From positions 1 through 51,635 of the forward strand of contig CAYTOU010000001.1 in assembly GCA_964439295.1 (NCBI GenBank): a stretch of 51,635 nucleotides of DNA. Direction: 5' to 3'. Both the position numbers and the translations under genes were made by a program. This stretch comes from an uncultured Oscillospiraceae bacterium. Lineage in GTDB: Bacteria > Bacillota > Clostridia > Christensenellales > Aristaeellaceae. Below, in pieces: positions 9,126 through 18,508 of the stretch. Below the pieces are notes generated by a model. That model had not been told where the DNA came from. It saw only the letters and a list, made by a program, of their open reading frames with translations, and made no database searches. Numbering within the stretch: the first letter of the stretch is position 1; each line of letters begins with the position of its first letter.

Positions 9126-10615
9126 CTTTTGTCCTCCCGATAAGGTTTAAGGCGGCGCGCGCCCTTGATATTGCTATCAGTCGCCTGATCTATATCGTAT
9201 CCGCGCACCTTGGAATCCTCTAAAGCGTATACCGGCGCATCGCGGCTTACGCCTATATCGATAAGCGCGCGCACTACATCGCCCTGTGCGCGTATTATAA
9301 GCGGCGTCTTTTCAAAGTCGCAGTCGCGGTCGCGCACTGCCATAAGCGCGCGGCGCGCTATTACGTCCGCGGTGTACTCCCACCCGTCGCCGCCGCATGT
9401 GCGGCAGGGGCGCGTGAGCTGACCGCGCAGCGAATGGAACTCCTTTTTGCGCGTCATTTCGAGTAGTCCCAAGCCTGTAAAGCCCACGACATTTGTCTTT
9501 GCGCGGTCGCGCGTCAGCGCCTGTTTAAGCGCAGTAACCACGCGCTCGCGGTTTTCTGAAGACGCCATGTCTATAAAGTCGATTACGATTATTCCGCCCA
9601 CGTCGCGCAGGCGCAGTTGGTTGGCGATTTCGTTTACCGCCTCTATGTTGAGTCGGGTCACGGTGTCTTCAAGCCCGCTGGAACCCACGAATTTGCCGGT
9701 GTTGACGTCGATTACGGTCATCGCCTCGGCGTGATCTATTACCAAAAAGCCGCCGCTTTTGAGCCATACGCGCCTGTTCAGAGCCTTTTCGGCTTGAGCA
9801 TCCACGTCGTACAGCATGAACAGCGGACGCATGCCCTTATACCGCTCAATGCGATTGCGCATTTCGGGCGCGCATTCGTCGGCGGCGCGCAGGGCTTCGC
9901 TTAAGCACTTTTCGTCTTCGATGAGCATGCGCGCGCTCGGGTCGCGCAGCATATCCCTAACCGCGCGCCTGACCAGCGTTTCATCCACATGCACAAGCGC
10001 GGGCGCGGAAGTGTGCTTTGCGCGCAGTGTGATGCTCTCCCACTTTTCGCGCAGCTGCTCTATATCGCTCTTCAATTCGTCATCGCTCGCGTTTGCTCCC
10101 GCCGTGCGCACTATCGCGCCCATATGCTCGGGGCACAGCGCATGCATGCGCTCGCGCAAGATTTGACGCTCGTCCTCGTCTATTCGGCGCGATACGCCCA
10201 CATAGTCCACCGTGGGCATAAGCACCACGGTGCGCCCGGGCAGCGTAATATGCGTGGATACGCGCGGTCCCTTCGTGCCGCCCGGTTCCTTAATTACCTG
10301 AACCAGTATCTCCTGACCGCTCTTGACCAGCTTTTGTATGGGTATGAGCGCCGCCTGAAGGCCGGTATCGGCAAAGCCGCAGTCCGCGCCGGGCTTAAGA
10401 TCGCCCGCGTACAAAAACGCGTTTTTCTCAAGACCGATATTGACAAACGCCGCCTGCATGCCGGGCAATACGTTTTCCACGCGCCCCATGTATATGTTGC
10501 CCACCAGCTTTTCGCTGCCGGCCTGTTCGGTATACATCTCGCGCAGGTGACCATCCTCCAGCACGGCCAGCCGCGTGCGCCCGTACATGGATTCGACGAT
10601 TATATCAGTTGCCAT
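9122..10615 (-). CDS. rng: Rne/Rng-family ribonuclease (RNase G-like)
   Basis: S1-domain motif GNIYMGRVENVLPGMQAAFVNIG and catalytic-region IIVIDFIDM. Start set to the ATG at 10615 (GAGGAG 6 nt upstream) rather than the GTG at 10633. Confidence 0.88.
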   Translation of the reverse strand: MATDIIVESMYGRTRLAVLEDGHLREMYTEQAGSEKLVGNIYMGRVENVLPGMQAAFVNIGLEKNAFLYAGDLKPGADCGFADTGLQAALIPIQKLVKSGQEILVQVIKEPGGTKGPRVSTHITLPGRTVVLMPTVDYVGVSRRIDEDERQILRERMHALCPEHMGAIVRTAGANASDDELKSDIEQLREKWESITLRAKHTSAPALVHVDETLVRRAVRDMLRDPSARMLIEDEKCLSEALRAADECAPEMRNRIERYKGMRPLFMLYDVDAQAEKALNRRVWLKSGGFLVIDHAEAMTVIDVNTGKFVGSSGLEDTVTRLNIEAVNEIANQLRLRDVGGIIVIDFIDMASSENRERVVTALKQALTRDRAKTNVVGFTGLGLLEMTRKKEFHSLRGQLTRPCRTCGGDGWEYTADVIARRALMAVRDRDCDFEKTPLIIRAQGDVVRALIDIGVSRDAPVYALEDSKVRGYDIDQATDSNIKGARRLKPYREDKR

Positions 10616-10643
10616 ATGTTTCTCCTCGGGCACTGTCCGGCAC

Positions 10644-11366
10644 TCATTGCGCGGGGTATGTTTCGCGTACGCCGTCGGTTATTATCGGGCGCGCGGTCAC
10701 CGGGTCTTCGCCGGTCAGGAGCGAGCAGCGCTGTATGTCAAGTACGCCCGGCTCGATTTCGCGCCCGCACATCTGCGCCGCGAGATTCATGAACAGTTCG
10801 CACTTGAGCGTGCACTGTTCGCCCAGACCCAGTCGCGCGTTTACAACCGTGCTGCCGTCGGACTGCTTATCCAGCGTGACGGCGGCGATAAGCGGTCTTA
10901 CGTCTATCGTCTTTTCGCCCGCCTTGCCCTTATGCACGGTCGGTATTTCGCTCTTTTCAAGCAGCTTAGTTGTCGCCTCCGCCACGTCGGCATAGTCCGC
11001 GGGCACAGTGACTTTATAGTCCGCCCATCTGACCCTTGCCATTGAGGCGGGATGCCCGTCCTCTACCGCCGACACGCGCGTAATGTGCATGTCATCGGGC
11101 AGAGCCGCGTTCATGCGGTCAAACGCCTCTTTTAGCGGGCATTCGGTCTCCATCTTGACATCCAGTACTTCGCAGCTGCTCCACGTGCCCACGCCCAGTG
11201 CGGACGCAAACGACATCGCCGCGTGCGGCGAATATCCGCCCGAATAGCGTATGGGCAGTCGGGAGCGCCTGAGCGCGCGCTGCATAAGCCGCTGCATGTC
11301 CAATAGAGACACGAACCTAAGGCGCGGTCCTTTATAAAATTCAAACAGTATTCTCACTTGCCGCAC
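10644..11366 (-). CDS. Radical SAM-linked protein (DUF2344 / TIGR03936-like)
   Basis: 240 aa with N-terminus RILFEFYKGPRLRFVSLLDMQRLMQRALRRS, typical of this family. Overlaps the stop of the upstream radical SAM gene. An alternative GTG at 11357 forms a GTGA overlap with that stop. Confidence 0.75.
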   Translation of the reverse strand: MRQVRILFEFYKGPRLRFVSLLDMQRLMQRALRRSRLPIRYSGGYSPHAAMSFASALGVGTWSSCEVLDVKMETECPLKEAFDRMNAALPDDMHITRVSAVEDGHPASMARVRWADYKVTVPADYADVAEATTKLLEKSEIPTVHKGKAGEKTIDVRPLIAAVTLDKQSDGSTVVNARLGLGEQCTLKCELFMNLAAQMCGREIEPGVLDIQRCSLLTGEDPVTARPIITDGVRETYPAQ

Positions 11367-13213
11367 GTCCCTTCGAACCGCTGAATGCCGCAGCCGTGGC
11401 AGCCCTTGCGGCAGTCGGGCGTGATTTCGCCGCGCTCGGCCTTATGCTTTTCGCGCAGCAGGAACTCTTTCGTGACGCCCGCATCTATGTGATCCCACGG
11501 CAATACTTCGTCTTCGGAACGCCTGCGATTGGCATAGAACGCCGGATCCAGTCCCGCCATCTCGAACGCGCGCAGCCAGAGGTCATTTCTAAACTGTTCG
11601 TTCCAGCCGTCATAGCGGCAGCCCAGCTGATGCGCGTATTCCAGCACGCGGCACAGCCGCCTGTCGCCGCGCGCAAAGCATGCCTCCATTACGCTCACTT
11701 GGCTTTCGTGATACTTGTAATCGACATACTTCATGCCGCGGAATTGGCTTATAAGGTAGTGCTGCTTTTTCTCTATCATTTCAAGAGTGTCCTGCGGTTC
11801 CCACTGGAAGGGCGTATGCGGCTTGGGCACAAACGTCGACGTGGACACCGCCACGCGCAGTCCGCGCGCACGCACATCGCGCGGTATCGAGAAGTACTCG
11901 TTTATTACATCGCGCGTGAGCTGCACAAGTCCGTCCAGATCGCCGGTGTTTTCGGTGGGCAGTCCCAGCATTGTGTATAGCTTAATGCTGCTCCAGCCGC
12001 CTTCGAACGCATCGTGTACGCTCTTAAGCAGATCTTCCTCGGTCACGCCCTTGTTTATTACGTCGCGCAGGCGCTGAGAACCCGCCTCGGGCGCGAACGT
12101 CAATGTGGTCTTTTTGACGCGCTGAGTCTCTTTAAGCGTGTCCTGAACAAAGCTGTCCACGCGCAGGGAGGGCAGCGATACCGATACCCTGCGCTCCTGA
12201 AAGCGCTTCATAAGTTCGGTCGCCAGTTCGGGCAGACACGAATAGTCGCCGCTTGACAGGCTGGATAGCGAAATCTCTTCATAGCCGGTAGAGTCGACCA
12301 GCTTTTCGGCCAGCTCCAATAGCTTATCCATAGAGCGCTCGCGCACAGGACGGTATATCATGCCCGCCTGACAGAAGCGGCAGCCGCGCGTGCAGCCGCG
12401 GAAAATCTCCAGCACTATGCGGTCATGCACTATGTCGCCGTAGGGCACTATCATCTTGTCCGGGAAGTCGGCGGCGGTCAAGTCGTTTACAATCGCCTTA
12501 TACACGCGCGCAGGCGCGCCCGAGCCGGGCTTGGGCGTGACAGAGCGCACAGTGCCGTCGTCGTTATACTCCACATCGTACAGCGACGGCACGTATATGC
12601 CGGGTATCTGAGCACACATGCGCAGGTATTCGCTGCGAGGCTTGCCGGAGTCCTTCCATTTGATGTATGCGTCGATTACCTGATGCGTCGTGATTTCGCC
12701 GGCGCCTATTATGAAATAGTCGAAAAAGTCCGCCAGCGGTTCGGGGTTGCACCCGCACGGGCCGCCCGCTATTACGAAGGGACCTTCGGTGCGATCCTCG
12801 CTCCTGAGCGGTATGCCGCTCAGCTCCAGCGCGTCCAGTATGTTTGTATAGCACATCTCATACTGCAGCGTCACGCCCAGTATGTCGAATTCGTTTATAG
12901 GCGTGCGGCTCTCTATCGAAAAGAGCGGTATGTTCTCGCGCTTCATCTCCTCGCGCATGTCCACCCACGGCGAAAACACGCGCTCGCACCACGCGTCGGG
13001 ACGCTTGTTTATTGTATGGTAGAGTATCTTCATGCCCAAGTGGGACATGCCGACCTCGTATATGTCGGGAAATAAAAACGCATACCTGACGCGCACGGAC
13101 GCGGGGTCCTTCATGACCTCGCCCATCTCGCCGCCCATGTAGCGGGTAGCCTTCTGTACCCTAGGCAGCACGCGCTCTATGCGTTGTGAAAGCGATGTAT
13201 CCATCTGAGCCAA
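11354..13213 (-). CDS. B12-binding-domain radical SAM protein (TIGR03960-like), function unknown
   Basis: CTRGCRFC (CxxxCxxC) cluster and ~620 aa. Start placed at the TTG at 13213 (AGGAGG at 13223-13228, 9-nt spacer). ATG at 13204 is the alternative. The ORF-track extension to 13279 runs through the predicted promoter. Confidence 0.8.
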   Translation of the reverse strand: MAQMDTSLSQRIERVLPRVQKATRYMGGEMGEVMKDPASVRVRYAFLFPDIYEVGMSHLGMKILYHTINKRPDAWCERVFSPWVDMREEMKRENIPLFSIESRTPINEFDILGVTLQYEMCYTNILDALELSGIPLRSEDRTEGPFVIAGGPCGCNPEPLADFFDYFIIGAGEITTHQVIDAYIKWKDSGKPRSEYLRMCAQIPGIYVPSLYDVEYNDDGTVRSVTPKPGSGAPARVYKAIVNDLTAADFPDKMIVPYGDIVHDRIVLEIFRGCTRGCRFCQAGMIYRPVRERSMDKLLELAEKLVDSTGYEEISLSSLSSGDYSCLPELATELMKRFQERRVSVSLPSLRVDSFVQDTLKETQRVKKTTLTFAPEAGSQRLRDVINKGVTEEDLLKSVHDAFEGGWSSIKLYTMLGLPTENTGDLDGLVQLTRDVINEYFSIPRDVRARGLRVAVSTSTFVPKPHTPFQWEPQDTLEMIEKKQHYLISQFRGMKYVDYKYHESQVSVMEACFARGDRRLCRVLEYAHQLGCRYDGWNEQFRNDLWLRAFEMAGLDPAFYANRRRSEDEVLPWDHIDAGVTKEFLLREKHKAERGEITPDCRKGCHGCGIQRFEGTCGK

Positions 13214-13249
13214 TTGATTTTGCCTCCTGATTGCCCAATTGTACACTAT

Positions 13250-13279
13250 AGAATAGCACGAATCGTGCTTACAGGTCAA
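13250..13279 (-). promoter_or_regulatory. Putative sigma-A promoter of the radical SAM/rng/miaB block, with an embedded palindrome
   Basis: On the minus strand: TTGACC (13274-13279), 18-nt spacer, TATTCT (13250-13255). The 15-bp perfect palindrome AGCACGA-A-TCGTGCT (13255-13269) fills the spacer. Confidence 0.4.
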
Positions 13280-13307
13280 TGATAATCGGTAAGTTTACAT
13301 AAAGCCC

Positions 13308-13943
13308 TCATGCCATGAGACATGCGCCCAGCGCGATTAAGAACTGCGCGCATGTATAGGTGCTCATCACGTTAAAGTGCTGCCGGCGCGTGGGCTTTAG
13401 GAATATGCCCTGCGCCAGTATGCTGTCCGACACGATGAAAAAGAGACTGCCCAGCCAGATAAGCAGACTGCCGCTTGAAGGGCGCGTAAGCATCAGCGCA
13501 AACGCGCATGTGCTCATTAGGAATATTGTCACATCGTACATAAGAGCCGGTATCTTCATTTGCCCCAGACCCGACTTTAGGTGCCTAAACAGCATTACTC
13601 CCGCGCATGCCGCAAACGGCATATACATTAGCGTCCACATATTGAATGCGCCGCTTAAGTTCACAATAAACCATATGCCGTACATAAGATGCCCCAGTAA
13701 AAAGCCGCCCAAGCCCACTATGAACGCCTTGTCGTTTTCGTGCATCAGTGCGACGTCGCCTACCCAGCCCAGCAGTATGCCCGCGACCATAAGCGGCTGA
13801 ATGGGTCTTGCCATGGCCAAGTAGCCAATAAGCAGCGCGGGCATAAGCAGCGGTTTAAGCAGTTTTGAATAGCGCGACTCGTTCCACGCATCGACGCAGT
13901 ACGCGCACGCCAGCGCGATATATGGCAGCATAAGCAGATACAT
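13308..13943 (-). CDS. YhhN-family membrane protein (lysoplasmalogenase-like)
   Basis: 211 aa, multi-pass hydrophobic, with motifs WVGDVALM and GFLLGHLMY typical of YhhN. Confidence 0.7.
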   Translation of the reverse strand: MYLLMLPYIALACAYCVDAWNESRYSKLLKPLLMPALLIGYLAMARPIQPLMVAGILLGWVGDVALMHENDKAFIVGLGGFLLGHLMYGIWFIVNLSGAFNMWTLMYMPFAACAGVMLFRHLKSGLGQMKIPALMYDVTIFLMSTCAFALMLTRPSSGSLLIWLGSLFFIVSDSILAQGIFLKPTRRQHFNVMSTYTCAQFLIALGACLMA

Positions 13944-14011
13944 TTTATCCCCTCCCTCTTAGGCTTAAGTATGTTTAAATTTTATCATGCGCAGAGTGTA
14001 AAAACAAGCTC

Positions 14012-14040
14012 TTGTATATATGCGTGAAAAGCGATATAAT
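14012..14040 (+). promoter_or_regulatory. Putative sigma-A promoter for the sugar isomerase gene
   Basis: TTGTAT (14012-14017), 17-nt spacer, TATAAT (14035-14040). Confidence 0.45.
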
Positions 14041-14077
14041 ATAGTTAGTAACCTAAAGCACAAGGAGGTTGTTTACA

Positions 14078-14902
14078 ATGTTTCCGGTAGCAATACAGGT
14101 TTATTCGGTACGCGACGATGCCGCCGCCGATATGATGGGTACACTTAAAAAGATTGCCGATATGGGCTATGACGGAGTTGAATTCGCCGGCTTCTACGGC
14201 TACGGCGCAAAGGAAATCCGCGCTGAGCTGGATAAATTGGGACTGAAGGCTGTATCCAGCCACGTTCCCTTTGTAACCCTGCGCACCGACCTTGAGGCGA
14301 CTGCCGAGTATCACAAGATTCTGGGCTGCAAGTACATAGCAGTTCCCTATCTCGAGCCGCAGGATCGCCCTGGCACCGAGAATTGGCAGAAGACCATCGA
14401 CGACATACTGGCAATAGGCAAGTACCTGCACAGCCAGGGCATACAGCTTCTGTACCACAACCACGACTTTGAGTTCATCAAGATCGATGGCAAGTACGCG
14501 CTGGATATGCTCTACGACGCGATACCCGAAGAGTACCTCAAGACCGAGCAGGACACCTGCTGGGTAAAGTTCGCCGGTGAGGATCCCTGCGCATACCTGC
14601 GCAAGTACGCCGGTCGCGCGCCCATCGTCCACCTGAAGGACTTCTATGTAGAAGGCAAGGTCGAGGATGCCGCGACTCCCTACGCGCTGATAAACGCCGA
14701 CGGCACCGACTCGGGCGCAAAGCGCTCCACATTCGAATTCCGTCCCGTGGGCTACGGCGTGCAGGACTTCCCCGCCATACTCAAGGCGAGCGAAGACGCA
14801 GGCGCAACCTGGGTCATAGTCGAGCAGGATCAGTCCCCCACCCGTCCTCCGCTCGAGGCCGCCAAGATGAGCCGCGACTATCTGCGCAGCATTGGCAACT
14901 GA
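14078..14902 (+). CDS. Sugar phosphate isomerase/epimerase (xylose isomerase-like TIM barrel)
   Basis: Start at the ATG at 14078 (AGGAGG at 14063-14068). MGYDGVEF and other family-typical segments are present. The 303-aa ORF on the opposite strand is a shadow ORF. Confidence 0.8.
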   Translation: MFPVAIQVYSVRDDAAADMMGTLKKIADMGYDGVEFAGFYGYGAKEIRAELDKLGLKAVSSHVPFVTLRTDLEATAEYHKILGCKYIAVPYLEPQDRPGTENWQKTIDDILAIGKYLHSQGIQLLYHNHDFEFIKIDGKYALDMLYDAIPEEYLKTEQDTCWVKFAGEDPCAYLRKYAGRAPIVHLKDFYVEGKVEDAATPYALINADGTDSGAKRSTFEFRPVGYGVQDFPAILKASEDAGATWVIVEQDQSPTRPPLEAAKMSRDYLRSIGN

Positions 14903-14924
14903 TTTAATGTAAGCATACAAAAAC

Positions 14925-14956
14925 ATGCCGGACGCGACACAAGCCGCGTCCGGCAT
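14925..14956. terminator. Bidirectional intrinsic terminator between convergent genes
   Basis: Perfect 12-bp stem ATGCCGGACGCG / CGCGTCCGGCAT with an 8-nt loop, flanked by A-rich sequence on the left and T-rich sequence on the right. Confidence 0.7.
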
Positions 14957-14965
14957 TTCTATATT

Positions 14966-16345
14966 TTAGGCTTTCGCTTTGGGCGTTCTGAGACCCACAC
15001 GTCCGCACCAGCGGAAGAAGTATATCGACATTATTATCGCCGTAAGCACCCACGATATCGGGTAGCTGACCACTATCGTAATTACGTTATTGTTGAGCGG
15101 CACAGCCGTAAACAGCCACAGCACGCGGAACACGCATACGCCAAAGCATATTATCAGCATGGGTCCTAAAGAGTTGCCCATACCGCGCATGCCGCCTGAG
15201 AACAGATCTATCGGCACAAACGAAGCGTATAGCGGCACATTGCAGTGCATTATGGTAAGTGCAATCGCGATAACGCCTTCGTCATCCGTAAAGAGGCGTA
15301 TCAGGTACTTGCCGCATACCAGTATCACCATACTCATAAACAGCGTGCTGAAAAACTCCAGTATGAAGCCGGTGCGCATGCTCGTCTTGACGCGGTCTAT
15401 CTTGCCAGCGCCCCAGTTCTGACCCACGAATGTGGTGACAGCCACGCTGAACGCGCCCATTACCATCCATATGATGCAGTCCACTTTACCAAACGCCGTC
15501 CATGCCGCCATGGTATCGGTGCCAAGCGCGTTTATGTTGGCCTGAATGAGCAGGTTGGATATCGAGTACATCATGGACTGTATGCCCGCCGGGAAGCCTA
15601 TGCGCAGTATGCGCCCCAGCAGCATTGCGTCAAACGTCTTGAGCTTTTTGATCTCAAACCGATAGCACTCTGTCGTGCGCATGAGCGCGCCCATAGTCAG
15701 TATCGCGCTGACCGCCTGCGATATTATCGTCGCGATTGCCGCGCCCGCAACGCCCATATGTATTACGCCCACGAACAGAAGGTCCAGCACTATATTGACC
15801 ATGCAACATATGATTAGGTATATCATCGGGCGGCGCGAATCGCCTATCGCGCGCAGTATGCCCGAGCTCATGTTGTACAGCAGGTTCATGATTACGCCGG
15901 CAAAGTATATGCGCATGTAATCCGCCGCGCCATCGATAACGTCCGCGGTCGTGCCCATCATTTCAAGTGCCCAGCGCGCGCCGCCTATGCCCACAATCAT
16001 CAGTATTACGCCGCCCGCCAGGGACAGTGCGATTGCGGTATGCACGGCGCGGCTCACGCCTTCATCATCGCCGCTGCCGAAATACTGCGATATTACGACA
16101 GTCGCGCCCGATGAAAGACCCACGAAAAAGCCGACCAGCAAATTGATTATCGTGCCGGTTGCGCCGCCCACGGCTGCCAGGGCCTCTTTGCCCAGGAAGT
16201 TGCCCACGACGACGGCGTCCACTGTGTTGTACAGTTGTTGGAAGAATGTGCCCAGCAATATCGGAAAGAAGTATATCAGCAACTGTTTCCAGATTACGCC
16301 TTCTACTATTCCGCGATTGCTCTGCGTAAGATCGCGCGTCCGCAT
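14966..16345 (-). CDS. MATE-family efflux transporter
   Basis: 12-TM-type hydrophobic protein with a typical MATE N-terminus. Start moved to the ATG at 16345 (GGAGG upstream). Confidence 0.85.
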   Translation of the reverse strand: MRTRDLTQSNRGIVEGVIWKQLLIYFFPILLGTFFQQLYNTVDAVVVGNFLGKEALAAVGGATGTIINLLVGFFVGLSSGATVVISQYFGSGDDEGVSRAVHTAIALSLAGGVILMIVGIGGARWALEMMGTTADVIDGAADYMRIYFAGVIMNLLYNMSSGILRAIGDSRRPMIYLIICCMVNIVLDLLFVGVIHMGVAGAAIATIISQAVSAILTMGALMRTTECYRFEIKKLKTFDAMLLGRILRIGFPAGIQSMMYSISNLLIQANINALGTDTMAAWTAFGKVDCIIWMVMGAFSVAVTTFVGQNWGAGKIDRVKTSMRTGFILEFFSTLFMSMVILVCGKYLIRLFTDDEGVIAIALTIMHCNVPLYASFVPIDLFSGGMRGMGNSLGPMLIICFGVCVFRVLWLFTAVPLNNNVITIVVSYPISWVLTAIIMSIYFFRWCGRVGLRTPKAKA

Positions 16346-16501
16346 ATTCGATTTTCCTCCGATTATATCGTTAAGTATGGTATACCACATATCGATGGCA
16401 ATTGCAATATGCTTTATCGGCGCATGAATCGGCTTATTTTTTTGAAAATAAACGGCGACCCGCGCACATCACGCGAATCGCCCGATATTTCGTATATGCC
16501 C

Positions 16502-17338
16502 CTACTTTACGCTATCCGTACTTATTATGCCCATGCGCGACGCGTGGAACAGGTACTGCTGCAGTATTCCCGCGTCCTCGCCCCACTGGCGCTGCGCGCA
16601 TTTTTTCAGTTCGGCGCGGTTGGTGCAGCCGGGCATGTAGTTCTGCATTGCGCGCTCCATCCACACGTCAACCGGGAAAGCCTGGGCGTGGCGGCAGCCG
16701 AAAAGCAGCACGCAGTCGGCGACCTTGGGTCCCACGCCCTTTAGCTGCTGAACGCGCTTAAACGCCTGCTCATACGGCAGTGTGCGCAGCTCATTTAGGT
16801 CAAATCCGTCCGCAACCGCGCGCGCGGTTTCGATTAGGTAAGGCGCGCGATAGCCCATGCCCATGTCGCGCAGCAAATCGAGCGGCGCGTTCGCAAGCGC
16901 TTCGGGCGTAGGAAACAGGCTTATTTCGCATCCGTCAAGCGTGCGATGCTGACCCAATGCGTCACATAGCTTATTGACGAGCGAGCGTATGCGTTTAACG
17001 TTATTGTTGGCGGATATTATGAATGTGACCAGGGTATCCCACACCGGCTGATTGAGCACATGCAGACCGCGCAGTGCCTCGTAGGACTGCTTAAGATACG
17101 GATCGCGTTCGCAAATGGGCTTAAGTGCGCCGTAGTCGCGCGAAAGGTCGAAATAGTCGCGCCAGAACGCCTCATCGTCAAGCGGACTTATCACTTCAAA
17201 GCCATTTTCATCGGGCAGTATGAGCGCTTCACTTTCGCCCGCGTGACCTAAATACTTTTCGCCATCATAAGCCCAATGGAACGCCTGCGCGCTGTCTATA
17301 AGGGTCAGGTGCAGATCGACATCGCATTTTATGTACAA
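16502..17338 (-). CDS. ogg: 8-oxoguanine DNA glycosylase / HhH-GPD family DNA glycosylase
   Basis: 278 aa with the HhH-GPD segment LKGVGPKVADCVLLFG followed by PVDVW. TTG start with GGGAGG 8 nt upstream. Confidence 0.82.
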   Translation of the reverse strand: MYIKCDVDLHLTLIDSAQAFHWAYDGEKYLGHAGESEALILPDENGFEVISPLDDEAFWRDYFDLSRDYGALKPICERDPYLKQSYEALRGLHVLNQPVWDTLVTFIISANNNVKRIRSLVNKLCDALGQHRTLDGCEISLFPTPEALANAPLDLLRDMGMGYRAPYLIETARAVADGFDLNELRTLPYEQAFKRVQQLKGVGPKVADCVLLFGCRHAQAFPVDVWMERAMQNYMPGCTNRAELKKCAQRQWGEDAGILQQYLFHASRMGIISTDSVK

Positions 17339-17362
17339 CGCATGTGCCTCCCTTCAAGGTTT

Positions 17363-17395
17363 AAAAAAAGCCCGCTCCCTTTATGAGAGCAGGCT
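17363..17395 (-). terminator. Intrinsic terminator after rpmA
   Basis: On the minus strand AGCCUGCUC / GAGCGGGCU form a 9-bp stem (one G-U pair, on this strand only), followed by a U7 run. Confidence 0.8.
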
Positions 17396-17408
17396 TGATT
17401 TACGAAAC

Positions 17409-17702
17409 TTATTGGGCAGCCTCGGTCTGCGGATATACGCTGACCTGCTTCTTGTCCTTGCCCAAGCGCTCGTACTTTACGATGCCGGTCGCCTTGGCGT
17501 ACAGCGTATCATCATCGCCGATGCCTACGTTGTTGCCGGGATGTATCTTGGTGCCACGCTGGCGCACAAGTATATTACCCGCGAGCACGAACTGGCCGTC
17601 GCTGCGCTTGGTGCCCAAACGCTGCGCGTGGCTGTCGCGGCCGTTGCGGGTGGAGCCCATTCCCTTTTTATGGGCGAACAGCTGAAGATTCATGGAAAAC
17701 AT
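17409..17702 (-). CDS. rpmA: 50S ribosomal protein L27, with Prp-cleavable N-terminal extension
   Basis: Start at the ATG at 17702 (GGAGG 8 nt upstream; TGATG overlap with the prp stop) gives [14 protein letters not shown]. This is the Firmicutes-type propeptide before the AHKKG core. Confidence 0.95.
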   Translation of the reverse strand: MFSMNLQLFAHKKGMGSTRNGRDSHAQRLGTKRSDGQFVLAGNILVRQRGTKIHPGNNVGIGDDDTLYAKATGIVKYERLGKDKKQVSVYPQTEAAQ

Positions 17703-18046
17703 CAGTTCCACCTCCGTTCATTCGCGTTGACCCGGATAAAATCCGGATAAGATGATTCAATTGATCTAAGGCCTGTGAGCAATGTTGATAGGATGACCTG
17801 CGCCTTAAGCATAGCGGCATCGTCCACATTTTTAGGCAGACGCACCTCATATCGTCCGGCATCGTCGTTGCGCTTGACGAGCACATCAATGCCCGCCACT
17901 TCGCGTAAACCCAGCTCACACGTTTGGGTAAGCGCGGATATAGCCGCACAGACAATGTCCTGACCGCTTTCGGCGTAGCCCGAATGCCCCTGCGCGCTGA
18001 AACCTAAAATTTCTCCGCGCTCAAGGCAAAAGCACACGCGCGTCAT
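17702..18046 (-). CDS. prp: Ribosomal-processing cysteine protease Prp
   Basis: 114 aa between rplU and rpmA, with GHSGYA and DIVCAAISA motifs (His/Cys dyad context). Confidence 0.9.
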   Translation of the reverse strand: MTRVCFCLERGEILGFSAQGHSGYAESGQDIVCAAISALTQTCELGLREVAGIDVLVKRNDDAGRYEVRLPKNVDDAAMLKAQVILSTLLTGLRSIESSYPDFIRVNANERRWN

Positions 18047-18354
18047 TACGCATTGATGGCGGTAATTTCCACCTTAGTGTAGGGCTGACGATGGCCCTGG
18101 CGCTTGCGCTCGTTCTTCTTGGACTTGTACTTGTAGACGATGATCTTAGAGCTCTTGACCTGCTTTACAACCTTACCGGTAACGGAAGCGCCCACTACCA
18201 AAGGCTTGCCGATCACAGTGCCTTCATCCTTGCCCACCAGCATGACGTCGAATTTTACCTCGTCGCCTTCCTGAGCATCCAGCTTCTCAACATAGATCAC
18301 GTCGCTCTTTTCAACGCGATACTGCTTGCCACCGGTCTTGATTATTGCGTACAC
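18046..18354 (-). CDS. rplU: 50S ribosomal protein L21
   Basis: The N-terminus [14 protein letters not shown] is diagnostic. GTG start with GGAGG 9 nt upstream. Confidence 0.95.
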   Translation of the reverse strand: MYAIIKTGGKQYRVEKSDVIYVEKLDAQEGDEVKFDVMLVGKDEGTVIGKPLVVGASVTGKVVKQVKSSKIIVYKYKSKKNERKRQGHRQPYTKVEITAINA

Positions 18355-18440
18355 GGCAGCACACCTCCTTCTTTATGAAGTCTCGCCGGAACAGGGCAGC
18401 CTTAAAAAAGGCATTTACAGCCGTTTCCGTGCGGAGCACT
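18355..18440 (-). promoter_or_regulatory. Structured 5' leader of the rplU-prp-rpmA operon (candidate L21-leader-type element)
   Basis: ~85 nt between the predicted -10 and the RBS. It can form nested pairings CGGAA/UUCCG, GGC/GCC and GCCUU-UUUU-AAGGC. Firmicutes are known to carry an L21 leader at this position. Not checked against a covariance model. Confidence 0.3.
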
Positions 18441-18445
18441 CAGAC

Positions 18446-18475
18446 ATTATACTATAAGCGGCGCGGTATAGTCAA
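18446..18475 (-). promoter_or_regulatory. Putative sigma-A promoter of the rplU operon
   Basis: On the minus strand: TTGACT (18470-18475), 18-nt spacer, TATAAT (18446-18451). The -35 box sits in the loop of the 9-bp GC hairpin GCGGCGCGG/CCGCGCCGC (18458-18484). Confidence 0.55.
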
Positions 18476-18508
18476 CCGCGCCGCGTAAAAAGCACTAAAC
18501 TTAACAGG

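Noticed and set aside
14045-14956. 303-aa ORF antisense to the sugar isomerase gene
   Set aside because: It is a shadow ORF typical of GC-rich DNA. The opposite strand encodes a protein with clear family motifs and a good RBS. This ORF has no RBS, and its end runs into the terminator hairpin.
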